From: Squalus acanthias
Taxonomy: Eukaryota
DNA length: 64,000 nucleotides
Assembly (NCBI GenBank): GCA_030390025.1
Contig: CM059431.1
Location: forward strand, 130,636,001 to 130,700,000
Reading direction: 5' to 3'
The notes under the pieces are model-generated. The model had not been told where the DNA came from, ran no database searches, and was given only the letters and a program-made list of their open reading frames with translations. This document shows, piece after piece, positions 1 to 12,985 of this stretch (positions within the stretch are counted from its first letter, which is position 1; each line of letters starts with the position of its first letter). The position numbers and the translations under genes are program-made.

Positions 1-1088
1 TTGGTTAACGGACAGAAAACAGAGAGTAAGGATAAACGGGTCATTTTCCAGTTGTCAGGCTGTAACTAGTGGGGTGCCGCAAGGATCAGTGCTTGGGCCT
101 CAACTATTTATAATCTATATTAATGACTTAGATGAAGGGACCAAGTGCAATGTATCCAAGTTTGCTGATGATACAAAGCTAGGTGGGAAAGTAAGCTGTG
201 AGAAGGACACAAAGAGCTGCAAGGGGATATAGACAGGTTAAGTGAGTGTGTAATAAGGTGGCAGATTAAGTATAATGTGAGGAAATGTGAGGGTATTCAC
301 TTTGGTAGGAAGAATAGAAAAACAATATTTGTTAAATGGTGAGAAGCTATTAAATGTTGGTGTTCAGAGAGATTTAGGTGTCCTCATACAGGAAACAAAC
401 AAAGTTAGCATGCAGGTAAAGCAAGCAATTAGGAAGGCAAATGGCATGTTGGCCTTTATTGCAAGGGGGTTGGAGTACAAGAGTAAGGAAGTCTTACTAC
501 AATTGTACAGGGCTTTGGTGAGACCACACCTGGAGTACTGTGCACAGTTTAGGTCTCCTTATTTGAGGAAGGCCATACATGCTTTCGAGGCAGTGCAATG
601 AATGTTCACTAGATTGATCCCTGGGATGAGAGGGTTGTCTTATGAGGAGAGATTGAGTAGATTGGGCCTATACTCGTTGGCGTTTAGAAGAATTGAGAAG
701 TGATCTCATTGAAACATATAAGATTCTGAGCGGGATTGACAGGGTAGATGCTGAGAGGTTGTTTCTCCTGGCTGGAGAGTCTAGAACTAGGGGGCATAGT
801 CTCACGATAAGGGGTCAGCCATTTAAGACTGAGATGAGGAGGAATTTCTTCACTCAGAGGGCTGTGAATCTTTGGAATTCTCTACCCGAAAGGGCTGTGG
901 ATGCTGAGTCATTGAGTATATTCAACGCTGATACAGATGGATTTTTGGACTCTAAGGGGATCAAGGGATATGGGGATCGGGTGGGAAAGTGGAGTTGAGG
1001 TCGAAGATCAGCCATGATCTTATTGAATGGTGGAGCAGGCTCGAAGGGCCGTCTGACCTACTCCTGCTCCTAATTTTTATGTTCTTAT
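1..1088 (+). mobile_element. CR1-type LINE, 3' part of ORF2 (RT C-terminal region) and 3' UTR; frameshifted
   Basis: GVPQGSVLG and KFADD motifs near the start; ORFs 287-601 (LLQLYRALVRPHLEYC) and 693-998 (DLIETYKIL...RTRGHSL...FFTQRAVNLWNSLP) are typical of CR1; ends in a cctactcctgctcc...ttcttat tail. Confidence 0.9.
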
Positions 1089-1299
1089 AGAACAGAATGA
1101 GGTGGATCAAGGGCTGGACAGTGGTACTGTGAGTGATCATGGCGCACATGACAGAGCTATCACATCCACAGAGCAGTTGTCCAGAGTGGGTACACGGGTG
1201 ACATATGCTCTAGAAGGGACTAATGAATGGAGAGATACAACAATTTTGGAACGTGCAGGAAAAGCTACTGCTGGGAATATTCCCTGGAAGCTGCGCTTT

Positions 1300-1634
1300 G
1301 TTCTGCGCAGCCTGTTTCTTTTAGTGCACTGGCCCTTTAAATTTCCACGCATGTGTGGTATATACAATGAAGAAACTGGTGAGCGGCCTGCGCGGGACCT
1401 TTCCCATTACTGCGCAGCCTAGAGAGAGCATTGCTGGTAGCTTTAGGATGATGGCCAAGAAGCGAGCTCCATGGACTTGCAGAATGGGGCGAAAGAGTGG
1501 AAAGTAAGAAAGCGCACTACAGATAGTGATAGGGAGTCCGGAAGTGACTCTCGCATTAGAAGATGATCGCGAACTAGAGAAAGAGCCTCCGATAGTTGTC
1601 ATGGTCGGGCCTTATTTTAATATTCACGGTGAGC
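1300..1634 (+). promoter_or_regulatory. Candidate CpG-rich promoter / first exon
   Basis: Locally CpG-rich non-repeat sequence; CCGGAAGTG (ETS/GABP-like) at 1538-1546; TGCGCA sites; TCGCGA near 1567; Kozak-context GTCATGG at 1601; donor-like ACG|GTGAGC at 1628/1629. Confidence 0.35.
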
Positions 1635-2759
1635 TGCCGGCATGTTTGGGGTGCTGACAGGCAGCGTGCTGATCCATTCGTTAGTAAGACTTTCTTACTG
1701 ATGTTCACCTGGTGAAACGTTTGTTTGTTCATATTCTCTTCTAAAACACATTGCAGAACAAATCAAATCTTAAGTTCTTTGGGTAATGTTTACATTTGAA
1801 CTAATATGCTTTAAATGTTATCTCCAAGACAGAGAAACATCAATTATGCTTTCTATTATTTATTCTTAAAGCCAAACAACAATTTTTTTAGTGGAAAGCT
1901 GTCTTCATTTTGGCTCCGTGTATAGTTAAGACAAATGGCCTTCACTGCACTGGTAGTGTACACTGGACAGTTGATTGTCCCTGCAAGTCATCATGGACCA
2001 TACCTCAATCACAACCTCTCTGTAAAGTTAGATTCTAATCAAGCATTACTCCTTGGTACTGCCCAGGTAGCTGGCTCGATGTGGTAGATTTGCGGCTTGG
2101 GGTACTTTGTTCTGTGAGTGATGCCCCTAGTTCTTTTCTCGCCTTTGTTGCAGTAAGTGATAACTAGAAATGTTTGCTGCAGCTATAATGTGTGCCAGAA
2201 ACCTCCTCTGTACTGTTCACTTATGGTGTGGTGATACTCCAAAATCTTTGAGTGATGCTCGATGTGATTTGTCAATCATGCCCTTATGTGGAAGTCGTTA
2301 ATTCTGCGCAAGTTTCTCATAATTGGGCTTTAATGAGGTATTAATAAGGAAAGTTTCTCTTTACATATTTCCTGTAAACATTTTTGAATAGGATTGATTC
2401 TCAAATTAGCACCAAATATTGATAATGGTAATACACCATTATTTAGACATGTCTAATTTTTCAGTAGATTAATGAACAGAGAAAAATGAGTTTTGCTGAT
2501 GTTTGAGAGGTATCTGCCAACTAATGTGGTATGTTGTTGAATGCATATTATCTTAGAGAGTTCTATAGTAGTCCAGGCAGCTGAGGGAGCAGTGGTGAGA
2601 TAAGCAACTGGGAGGTCACCTCAATAATTTCAGAGGAACTCCAGTTTATTACTGCACCAGCATCAGATCAAGTTCAACTCATTTTTCATTACTTCCACAA
2701 GAGGATAAGTTTGCCTGAATTTTAATGTATATCTCTTGCTTGAGGATAAAATATGATGA

Positions 2760-3012
2760 TGAGGCCATGCCTTCAGCTGCCTAGGCCCTAAGCTCTGGAA
2801 TTCCCACCCCCATCCCAACCCTCTCCGCCTCTCTGCCCCTCTACCTCTCTCTCCTCCTTTAAGATGCTCCTTAAAACTTACCACTTGTCACCTGTCCTAA
2901 TATCTCCTTATGTGGCTCGTTGTCAAATTTTGTTTGATAATCGCTCCTGTGAAGCGCCTTGGGATGTTTTACTACATTAAAAGTGCTCTATAAATGCAAA
3001 TTATTGTTGTTG
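2760..3012 (+). mobile_element. L2-type LINE 3' end fragment
   Basis: gccttcagctgcctaggccctaagctctggaattccc...tgtgaagcgccttgggatg...ctataaatgcaa(ttg)n tail; reverse complement of sequence at 53600-53770 and 58262-58410. Confidence 0.75.
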
Positions 3013-4377
3013 GTGTCATCGGGATTCGCAGGGCTAGTGACTGTGTAGGAATTTAATACACATATCTGAAATCTCACCTGAGAAATTAATTGAAAATAGC
3101 TTGAACTGGTGCTGTTTCAAATGAGGTTTCTGTCAGAACTGTAACATTTGCAGTCATGACATTTTAATTTAATTTTACTGTGAAGCAGAGAAGCTTTAAA
3201 TATCCATTCACATTTTTTTGACAGCAGCCAGATATGTGTCAGACAACATACGCCTTTATGTTGAACAAACTGGAAAAGGGATGCGTGCAAATAATTCTTG
3301 TAAATACTACTTCATTTATAGCTTGTGACAAAAACAACTGTTTTAATAACATTGTGTTCTTGACTTACTGAAAATAAAATGAGATGCTGCCAGACTAAAA
3401 GCATATGAAGCTCCTTGTTCTGAGCACAAGTTAAATTTCTGATACTCTATGATGTGTTTTGATTTAGTCATGTCGTTAACGATGGAAACCTGTAGAAGGA
3501 AAAGGTTATGACGAGATTGGCAAAGTACCTCGATGGCCTGCATCTGAGTTAATCTTGGGCACAAAGCAGCTATTGATTTCCAGTGACGCTGAATTCACTT
3601 GGTTGTGCGAACAGTCAAATCTGGAGTGGATTACAGCCTGAAGCAATCACACTGCCCAATAAATCTTTGCAGTTTTTCCCACAGAAAACATGTCCTAGGG
3701 CAGTTTTATGCTTTTGAGGGATAACAGGGAGGACAAGTGAGATTCTGCTACAAAAAAGCAAATGGTCTTAAAATAAAAGGGTTTCATATTAAGCATTTCA
3801 AGTAGCTGAGGTGACCTGTTCTCGTGATAGTTCTTCATAATTGATGACTTCCTTTGGTTTTTCTTTTGTTAGGTCATATTTTCCAAAGGTATTTTCATTA
3901 AGGTTTTGCTTGTCTGCGTAAGAAGTAAATTATCCATTACTATTCTTTTTAGTGGGAGAGGGAGGCCTGGCGAAGTATTACCCATGTGATTTGTAATAGT
4001 TTTGCATTATGTTGCCATAAATACCACTAATTTGTGTACAAAACATTAGCACAAATGGGGAAAAATAATGCAAATTCCTATTAAAAATTAAATTAAACTT
4101 CAGGTTAGTCTGCTGATCCCCAGCAGGTTGTTGATCTTTGAATAAAAGTTCCCTCCACATTCCTACCAAACCCCTGATTGCTGAGACTTCTCTTGCCCAC
4201 TCTATACCCATGCTATACTTACAGCTTCCATTCTTCCACCTGCAGACCCCATCAGAGTGGTTCATAATAGTGCAAGGTTGTTAATTTGTTAATCGGAGCT
4301 TTAATGCTTTTTGTTATGGTGTCCTTTAATCACAGTAGTTCCTCCATGGCAGGACAAGTTGATACGGCTGTTTTTTT

Positions 4378-5007
4378 AAAAAAAAGCATATGGGATCTTT
4401 GGCTTTATAAACAGAGGCGTAGAGTACAAAAGCAAGGAAGTTATGCTAAACATTTATAAATCACTGGTTAGGCCTCAACTGGAGTACTGTGTCCAATTCT
4501 GGGCACCACACTTTAGGAAAAATGTTAAGGCCTTGGAGAGGGTACAGAGGAGATTTACTAGAATGGTACCAGGGATGAGGGGCTTCAGTTATGTGGACAG
4601 AGCAGAGAAGCTGTGATTATTCTCCTTCGGTTATGGGGAGATTTAATAAAGAAGTTCAAAATTATGAGGGGTTTTTATAGAGTACATAGGGAGAAGCTAT
4701 TTCCACTGGCAGGATGGTCAATAATCAAGAGGACACAGATTTAAGATAACTGGCTGAAGAACCAGGGGAGGAAAGGAGAATTTTTTTTACGCAATGAGTT
4801 ATGATCTGGAATGCACAGCCTGAAAGGATAGTGGAAGCAGATTCAATAGTAACTTTCAAAAGGGAATTGGAAATATACTTATAAAGAAACATTTGCAAGG
4901 CTATGGGGAAAGAGCAGGGGAGTGGGACTAATTGGATAGCTCTTTCAAAGAGTTGGAACAAGCACAATGGGCTGAATAGCCTCCTGTGCTGTAAGATTCT
5001 ATGATTT
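4378..5007 (+). mobile_element. CR1-type LINE 3' fragment
   Basis: Decayed VEYKSKEVMLNIYKSLVRPQLEYCVQFW coding remnant; 3' tail gtaagattctatgatt. Confidence 0.85.
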
Positions 5008-5009
5008 TA

Positions 5010-5837
5010 AAGGAGGGTGAGGGGGTGGGGCTGGTACAGTATGCACGAGCCTTGAAGTGGGTGACACATTCGGGGAGTCCGGGGTTGTGGAGGCTAGGTT
5101 AATCTTAATGGCAGGGCCTCATTTCCATAAATGTTCCTGGAGTCCCGCCTGAACCCGGCCAGATCCTAGCTGACGGGCGGAAGGAGGAATTTGGTGGCAG
5201 GAGACCCCAGCTGGGGACCCATGGGAACGGACCCGGTAGTCAGTGGGAAGGGGGTGCAGGTGCTGGGTGGGGGTTATAGCCGTGATCGAGGATGGTCTTT
5301 GGTCGCGATTTGGAGGGGGGAGGGCTCTGGTCATGATCGGGGGTGGGGGGAGAGGGGGCTCTGGCCAAGATTGTGGGGAGGTGGGGTCTGGCCGTGATCA
5401 GGGGGAGGTGATAACTGGTCGCGATCGGGGGGTGGGTGGGGGAGTGGATCCCGGGGCAAGGCTTTCTTGTGAGGCCTGGAGGAGCACTCTTTGACCACAA
5501 GGAAACCTAAAATATCAATATTAAAACTTACCTGCTGGGACTCTTCTGGCCCACGATCCGGATCTCCCGGCAGGTCTGGCCCAACTGGGAAGCCGACGCT
5601 GTTCTCACTCCACCCACCCCCTCCCCCCACCGCTCAGGCCTTCGACTAAAATTGCAGATCAAGTCCTGATGACATCATTGGACCTGATCTGCATATTTAA
5701 AGTAGGAGTCTGCTTCCTTCCTGTGGGTGTCCCGCTCACCTGCTCAAGAGAGAAGGCTAAGACTGGGACACAGCGGGAAAGCAGCAGGATCAGAGGCTTC
5801 TGGTTTCCACCAGGCAGGGGGAGTTAAAATCGGGGCC
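5010..5837. mobile_element. Probable partial Harbinger-type non-autonomous element
   Basis: GC-rich; ends in AAAATCGGGGCC (5826-5837), resembling the TIRs of the other Harbinger MITEs here; internal gatgacatca and tatttaaa motifs are shared with them; left TIR not found. Confidence 0.4.
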
Positions 5838-6474
5838 TATGATTCCCCAGAATTCAAGTGATGTCTTGCCATAGGGAGCCACCTTGAAGCTGTATTCTTT
5901 ATCAGGCTAATTTTGTAAAGATATTGGCCGGAATTTTCTGAGGTTCAAGCGGCCGCGATTGGAGGTGGGTCGGGAGGGAAATTTGAAAAACCTTGGAGCG
6001 GGTCGGGAACCAGCCGTCATCTCGCCCCCACGTGCCTTTCCCTCGGGGGCGTTTGCCAGCACGTCAGCAACCCGAACGGCAGCGATGGCCGAGGTAATTG
6101 AGATCATTATGAGGTACTTGTCAGAACCTTAAGCATATTCTTAACCCTACCTTTCAAATTTCCCTGGATGAGCACGGGAATCACGCAGCTCAGGAACCAC
6201 GTCTGTGAACCTGAGGTGGAAGTCGAGTGGCCATTGATCCACCTCATTAATGCACAGCCTGAAAAGTGCAATAAAAACTCCCACCTGACAGCTGGTCACT
6301 TTCCTAAGGCAGATGCAGTTGCGGACTGCATTGTCAGCACAGATTTAGCTTTCTAGAGGTTGCACGTGTTCACAGCAAAGTCGGGATCCACTGTCACCTC
6401 ATTGGTAGATCCTATCACACCGTTGACAGATTGCATCTGTCATCTCTACTTAACCTGCCATCGATTACATCAGA

Positions 6475-7640
6475 ATGGATGCCGTTTATACTGTCTCACC
6501 TTGGTCCTCAGAATCGGACCATGATGAGCCCCAACACCACCATCAAACTTCTCCTCAACCACCTGATGCTCCACAGGACAGAGGGCATCAGCGCAGGCTG
6601 TGCCATGCCGGAGGCGATACCCCCAACACAGGGTATACAGGCAGAGGATGAGCTTCCTCAACATGACGGAGCAGCAGTGCAAAAGGAGGCTCAAGCTATC
6701 ACACCAGGTCATCGCAGACATTTGCAGATTGCTGGAGAAAGACCTGCAGCCCAGAGGAGGGGTGGACACGCCTTACCAGTGACTGTCAAAGTCACCAGCG
6801 CCCTCAACTTCTTTGCCTCAGGCTCCTTCCAGGGAGCTGCAGCAGACATTTGTGGCATCTCGCAGTCGGCCGCCCACAGATGCATCAAAAAGGTCATAGA
6901 TGCCCTCTTTGACAAGTCAACCAATTATATCAACTTTGCCACTGATGAAGCCAGTGTTTCTGAGCGGGCGCTGGCCTTTGCCAGCTTCCCACAGGTGCAG
7001 GGCGTCATCGACTGCACACATGTGGCCATCAGAGCACCCCATCATCACCCAGGAGTCTTTGTCAACCACAAGGGCTACCACTCCCTCAATGTGCAGCTCA
7101 TCTGCAACCATAGGAAGATCATCATGCATGTGTGCGCCAAATTCCCTGGCAGCTGCCATGACTCTTTCGTCCTGCGCCAGTTCACTCTCCCTCAGCTCTT
7201 TGCTCCTCCAAACATACTTTCCGGCTGGCTGCTTGGAGATAAGGGCTATCCACTGAAGACGTGGCTCATGACACCCTTGAGGAGGCCGAGTATTGAAGCC
7301 GAGGAGAGATATAATGATAGCCACATTTTCACTAGATATGTCATAGAGCAGACAATAGGCATGCTGAAAATGCACTTCAGACATCTTGACAGATCTGGAG
7401 GAGCCCTTCAGTACAGACCAGCCAAGGTCTCCAGAATCATCGTGGTCTGCTGTGCCCTGCACAACATAGCGCAGCAGTGAGGATTAGCGCTGCATGAGGA
7501 GCAAGGTTCTAAGTGCACAGCCTTTTCAGGGTGGAGGGAGCAGGAGGAGGAGGAACCTGCGGTACAGATCCCACCAGCACCCGAGCACATTGCTGCCCGG
7601 GAGGCCAAGGATGGCCTCATCATGGCCAGATTTACTTACC
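6475..7640 (+). pseudogene. Harbinger (HARBI1-like) DDE transposase with frameshifts
   Basis: [18 protein letters not shown] (D), [24 protein letters not shown] (D), VIEQTIG (E), CCALHN; N-terminus split over three frames (shifts near 6600 and 6760); in-frame TGA at 7478 before an acidic tail. Confidence 0.9.
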
Positions 7641-7931
7641 TTCACGCATTACACCCATATGGCTGCCACATGCTGCGCCAGGTTGGCACCACCCCACAGC
7701 AACACCAAAAAGCATCCCTACAATGACCAAGCCATTCCTTTCACACTGACCACCATTCCTGGAGGTAATGTTATGTCTGACCATTCACTCCAACTCACTA
7801 AGTCACTTCCAACGTTGCACAAAAATTTGTCCATTTGGTGGTGAAAATAAATAGTTTTATGCGTGACATCGCAGGAACGGAAACTTTACAGAAACATTTA
7901 TTAAAACATCCAAGTGGCTACCCTTGTGCAT

Positions 7932-9630
7932 CTACTTGTGTTTCATCCTTCTCTTCCGCGTGCTTCTACGAGGTGCTACCCCTGTGGCTTCAGCCTGCTC
8001 ACTTCCCTGCTGCGACTGCATAGACGCTTTTGGCGGACATCCTCTGGGTTTTGGAGCCTTTGATGGCCCCGCCAAAGACTGCTCCTCCTGCAGTGGTGCA
8101 GGGGCAGACTCAGCCATCGTGATCCGAGGAGCCATCTGGGGCTCTGACTTGGTGGGGTGGGGTGGGGGGGGCGGGCAACAGGGGAGAAGTCTATGAGCCT
8201 CCGCCATCTATTCTCCATAGAGACAATGTGCTCCTGTGAGTGGCACATTAGCTGCTCCATGCAGGTGGCCATCCTATCCATGGAAGAGCCTATAGTCGCC
8301 ATTGCCTGCAATACTGTGGTGCTCATGTTGGAGATGGACTCCTCCATTCTCTGCACATTTTCAGACATCGCGGTCGCAAAACCTGCCCAAACCTCCTGCA
8401 CTTCTTGCTGCACCTCCAGGTTCGCCCTCTTTCTGGATGGCCCCGAGGCTCAGCGTCTGCATGCAGCTGAGCAGAGCTGGGAGCGTCCTGCGCCCTCCGG
8501 CGAGGAGTCTCCACTGCTGTCCCTGTCTCCACCATTTGCTTTTGCTCACTTGTGAGTTGTGAGACACCAGGTGACAACACCATTCTATCTCGCGTTGCAC
8601 CCACCAAGGTGTGCATATTTGCGCTGGTGCTGGGTGACGGTGCGCCCTCAGAGGCTGAAGGCTCCTCCTGAGGAGTCATCTTGCTCTTCCTTCTGGACAG
8701 TGGTGGGGTGTGGGGGGGAGGGGGGCTCTTGATGGACCTGTGGGAGAATAACGAGATGAGTTAGGTATGTCATATCAAGAATGAATACAGATACTATTAT
8801 GCACATGATAAACATTCACTGGCTGCTGACATCAGTCCCCATATGAGTGACTGCTGTATGCCATGTGGCTGTACGAGATGTAATTCTGTCACCAGGTTGC
8901 TAAGATGTCTCCCTCTCTCCATCTCCCACCTCCAGCTGCTCTGCGTCTCCAGACACTTCCAAGGTAACCTCCTCTACTGCTGTTAAGGTGGCCAATGATA
9001 GAGTGCCACCTCCGGTTCTCTCCCTCTCCCTCTTATTGTGGACTCTCTTTTCCTGCAAGGAGGGAAAGAAGAGAAAGTTGAGTGAGAGTGATGGAACGAG
9101 TGTAAGGAATGGTTGGGTTAGATCTTTAGAGGGAGACTATGATGGATAGGGGTGCCAATGCCAAGCGGCCTCCTTGTGTGTTGTTAGTTGGTATGATTGC
9201 ATTACGATGAGGGTGAATGTGAGGGGTGGTTAGTAAGATGGGGATGTGATAATGTAGATAGAGAGAGAGGGATGGGTGGACGAGCAAGGTATGTTGGTGT
9301 GAGTAAGGATGTGCAGGAGCAGGGTTGGGAAGGCAGAGTGAGGGGATGTGATGAGAGGCACAGCAGGATGAAGTTGAGTGTGGCTTTGCACTCACTGTTC
9401 CTGATCTAATGAGATCATTGAAACGTTTCCGGTACTGCACCCAGGTCCTCCTGACCACATCCCTGCTGTTGACCTCCTCTGCTATTTGGAGCCGGGCTTT
9501 GATCTGTTAGGGAGATCTCTTCTGCTCATCGGAAGGGAAGAGGACCTCCCTGCATGCTCTCACTCCCTCCACAAGCATATGGAGGGAGTCATCGGTGAAC
9601 CTGGGTGCAGCCCTCTGTCTCTGCAGTCAT
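7932..9630 (-). pseudogene. Harbinger Myb/SANT-like DNA-binding protein gene, 3 exons (9630-9396, 9052-8893, 8737-7932)
   Basis: Exon 1 reads RAAPRFTDDSLHMLVEGV...LFP...IAEEVNSRDVVRRTWVQYRKRFNDL; GT-AG introns with pyrimidine tracts; exon 2 EKRVHNKRERERTGGG; basic C-terminus PRRSTRKRRMKHK; contains stops and frameshifts. Confidence 0.85.
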
Positions 9631-11354
9631 GTTTAAAACTCTTTGTAATCTTTCAATGGTGCAGTGCAGTGCCTGCATTATCCTTGATGAACCTTCAAAT
9701 GCAATGTGGCCATGGCTCCTTTAAATATCCCGACTGAAGACGTGTCATCGATGACATCATCAGACCTACACTATTTAATAGGGCCGGGTTACGCGTAGGG
9801 CTGCCTTAATAGGCGCCATTAATGGAAAGTCGATCTCGGGAGCGAGATGGAATCAGGAACGGGGTCGCCTTCTGCCATGGCGACCGCCCGCACCCGACCC
9901 GCCCAGGTACAGAAAATTTCGGCCATTGCTGTCAAGTTGCAAATTTAACTGGAAAAAATAAATTAAGATCATTATCTGAAAGACCTTTACAGAGTTAACC
10001 ACCAGTCAGACAATGGGAATATAAATGTTTGTCAGCTTGAAAGAGTGCATCTTAAGCAAATGTTTTACTATCAGAGCATGACATTTATTTTCCATGTGAT
10101 CCAAACTAATTGAATTCAAACATCAGTGCTTTCTCCTCCCCAATGTTTGGTTATGTTGTTCCATTTTACAGCATGACATTTATTTCTTATGTACTGCAAA
10201 CTGCATACAGATACCAGTATCTTTTAATATTACTGACTGTATTCTTCAAAAAAGGTAAAATAATGTATTGGAAACAGACCACATGAAGTAACCTTTGTCC
10301 TCTACACAATAAGGTGACTTTTTTTTAGAATGAATCTTAGCAACACAATCTGTTCAGAGAACACTTGACTTGAATAGAAAAATACAAGCAAATGGAAAAT
10401 GAGATGAGAGTACCAGGTGTGGGAATCAGCAACATTTTTATCAGTCCACTCACTTGTAAAAGAAGAATTTGTATCAACTTTATTGGAAAGAAGAAAAAAG
10501 CAGGGGAGTCGATCCATGCGGGAGACATCAATCAGCTCTGAAAGGGGCTGTTTTTATGAAGGTTGTTTGCAAGGTGACCTCTACTCAGTGAAGCTGAAAA
10601 TTTGCATGCCATTTAAAAAAAATATATATTTTGGATCTTTTTATAGTATTTAATATTTGTTTTCGATGTGCGGTGAGAAGTACAACAGTATATATCAAGT
10701 TTGCACACAACAATTTACTAATTGTTACATTATGGCTTAATATTTTAATATCCCATTGTCAGTTGTATTTTAATGACTTCTGCTGCTTGCACGACCGTGT
10801 TGCTAGTTTTCCGCTGCCCTGGTCTTCAGTTTTTGTGGTGGTGGATTAACTATTTCCCTCTTCTATGTCTCTGTTATAGCTGGCACCAATTCTGTGTGAA
10901 TCAATAATCTGGAACTCCCTGTGACCCACATGGGATTCCCAACCATACCAGAAGATCCCTAATAATTTAGATTTTTATTTTGTCCACTTTTCAAAGTTAG
11001 TTTACTAAATGCTTTTGACAGTTCACATTTATATTTTATATAAAAATGAATGGAAAAAAATGAACAACATCTTGAAATCTGCGGGTAAAAGGGTTGCCCA
11101 TTCTCATACAGTTGAATAATTCCAATAATTCTAGTGTTGCCAAACTCAAATAATTAATCTCTCTTCACTGAAATTACAAATGAGTGAGTCTAAATTGTCA
11201 GTGATGTCACATTATCAGTGTCTACACACAAAACACCCTACCCCCCTTTTGTAATCTGCAATTCTGTCAGCCATGTTGTAATGGAGCTTGCTTTGAGAGT
11301 ATGTTTGAACGGTATCTTTGAATATCTACAATTCAAAGTGAATCTTTATGATCA

Positions 11355-11930
11355 CATAAAATTACATAGAATATACAGCATAGAAACAGGTCATTCGGCC
11401 CAACCAGTCCATGCCGGCATTTATGCTCCACACGAGCCTCCTCCCATCCTTCCTAGTCTAACTTTATTATCATAACCCTTTATTCCCTTCTCCCTCATAT
11501 GCCTATCAAGCTTTCCCTTAAATGCATCTATACTTTTCGCCTCAACCACTCCCTGTGGTAGCGAGTTCCACATTCTCACCACTCTCTGGGTAAAGAAGTT
11601 TCTTCTGAATTCCCTATTTGATTTCTTGGTGACTATCATATATTCATGACCTCTAGTTTTGTGCTTCCCCACAAGTGGAAAACACTCTCTCTGATCTATT
11701 CTATCAAAGCCTTTCAATTTTAAAGACTTCTATTAGATCACAGCTCAACCTTCTCCTTTCAAGAAAAAAGACACCCAACCTGTTCATCCTTTCCTGATAG
11801 GTATAACCTCGCAGGTCTGATATCATCCTTGTAAATCTTTTTTGCACCCTCTCCAGTGCCTCTATATCCTTTTTATAGTATGATGACCAGAACTGTACAC
11901 CATACTCCAAGTGTGGTCTAATAAAGGTTT
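11355..11930 (-). mobile_element. CR1-type LINE 3' fragment
   Basis: ORFs 11704-11910 and 11421-11717 (EYGVQFW...LERVQKRFTRMI; FFTQRVVRMWNSLP); closely similar to the 3' end of 51381-53433. Confidence 0.9.
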
Positions 11931-12648
11931 GATGGTTCTTTGGCTGGTTTAATCACAACATCCATGAATATGATGGCATACTTGCCAGTCATTTAACAAG
12001 CAAACAATGCTTCGGAAATACACAGTCCGGAGATGTCTCCGTGCTTTGGTAGAGGTAAATCATGCCAATAAGGGAGGGAGCAGTTGTGATGAATTGTGCA
12101 GTTCTCCTCCAAGTTTAAAGGCACTTCACTGAACTTAAAGAAAGGTTAGGATAAATATTGTGCGGATCCGCTCCGAGTGTAGATGAAGAATTAGTTGCAG
12201 AGGTTAGCATGCCAGATTCGTACTGCTCCCAATTTTCAGGTCACCAGCAACAGAACCTCACAAAATTTGCCTTGCTATCAAATACTGAAAGTCCTCACTT
12301 TTATTAAAAATGTATATTGTTAGCTAAACAACATTGATGATTCCTAAAGTATAACATCAAATGATCTAAAATGTTTTTTAAAATGTTATCATTATTCTAC
12401 ATACTGGATATAAACAGTGCAAAAAACTATCCAATCATCCACCATTTCCAGTGTTTGAATTGTCATTTTGACTAGAGAAATACTGTTTTATTTATTATAC
12501 TAACAGATGTCCCATGGTGTTCCTCATGGTTAATCTCAATATTTCTGAGAGCAGGGGTGTTATGGCATGTAGTATTGATAAGGATACTGAATTATCAGCA
12601 TTGGAGGCAGCCCAGGGAGCACTGCAAAAGGGGGAAGGAGCAGAGTCT

Positions 12649-12985
12649 GAAAGAAAGAAAGACTTGCATTTATATAGCGCCTTTCACGATTGCATGACAT
12701 CCCAAAGCGCTTTACAGCCAATGAAGTACTTTTTGAAGTGTAGTCACTGTTGTAATGTAGGAAATGCGGCAGCCAATTTGCGCACAGCAAGCTCCCACAA
12801 ACAGCAATGTGAAAATGACCAGATGATCTGCTTTACTGATGTTGAATAAGGGCTAAATATTGGCCAGGACATTGGGGATTACTCCCCTGCTCTTTTTCAT
12901 AATAGTGCCATGGGATCTTTTACATCCACTTGAGAGGCCAGACGGGGCCTTGGTTTAATGTCTCATCCGAAAGTCTGGCAGTACT
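12649..12985 (-). mobile_element. SINE, probably DeuSINE type (SacSINE1-like), 5'-truncated
   Basis: L2-type tail (reverse complement of gtgaaaggcgctatataaatgcaagtc(tttc)n) plus the central gccatgggatcttttacatccac...ggtttaatgtctcatccgaaag block, recognised from memory as Deu-domain-like. Confidence 0.65.

Larger units (their letters stand above)
5926..9924 (+). mobile_element. Full-length PIF/Harbinger DNA transposon (~4.0 kb), inactivated
   Basis: TIR GGCCGGAATTTTCTG / CAGAAAATTTCGGCC (1 mismatch in 15); ATT TSD at 5923-5925 and 9925-9927; convergent transposase and Myb/SANT genes. Confidence 0.95.

Noticed and set aside
6431..7480. Domesticated host HARBI1 gene
   Set aside because: It lies inside TIRs and a TSD with a Myb partner, and is frameshifted; it is a transposon copy
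10300..10660. Possible coding exon (overlapping short ORFs)
   Set aside because: All frames from the best acceptor hit early stops and no protein similarity was recognised
12500..12849. 111-aa ORF after a TACTAACAG acceptor-like site
   Set aside because: The second half runs into an antisense SINE; no recognisable product
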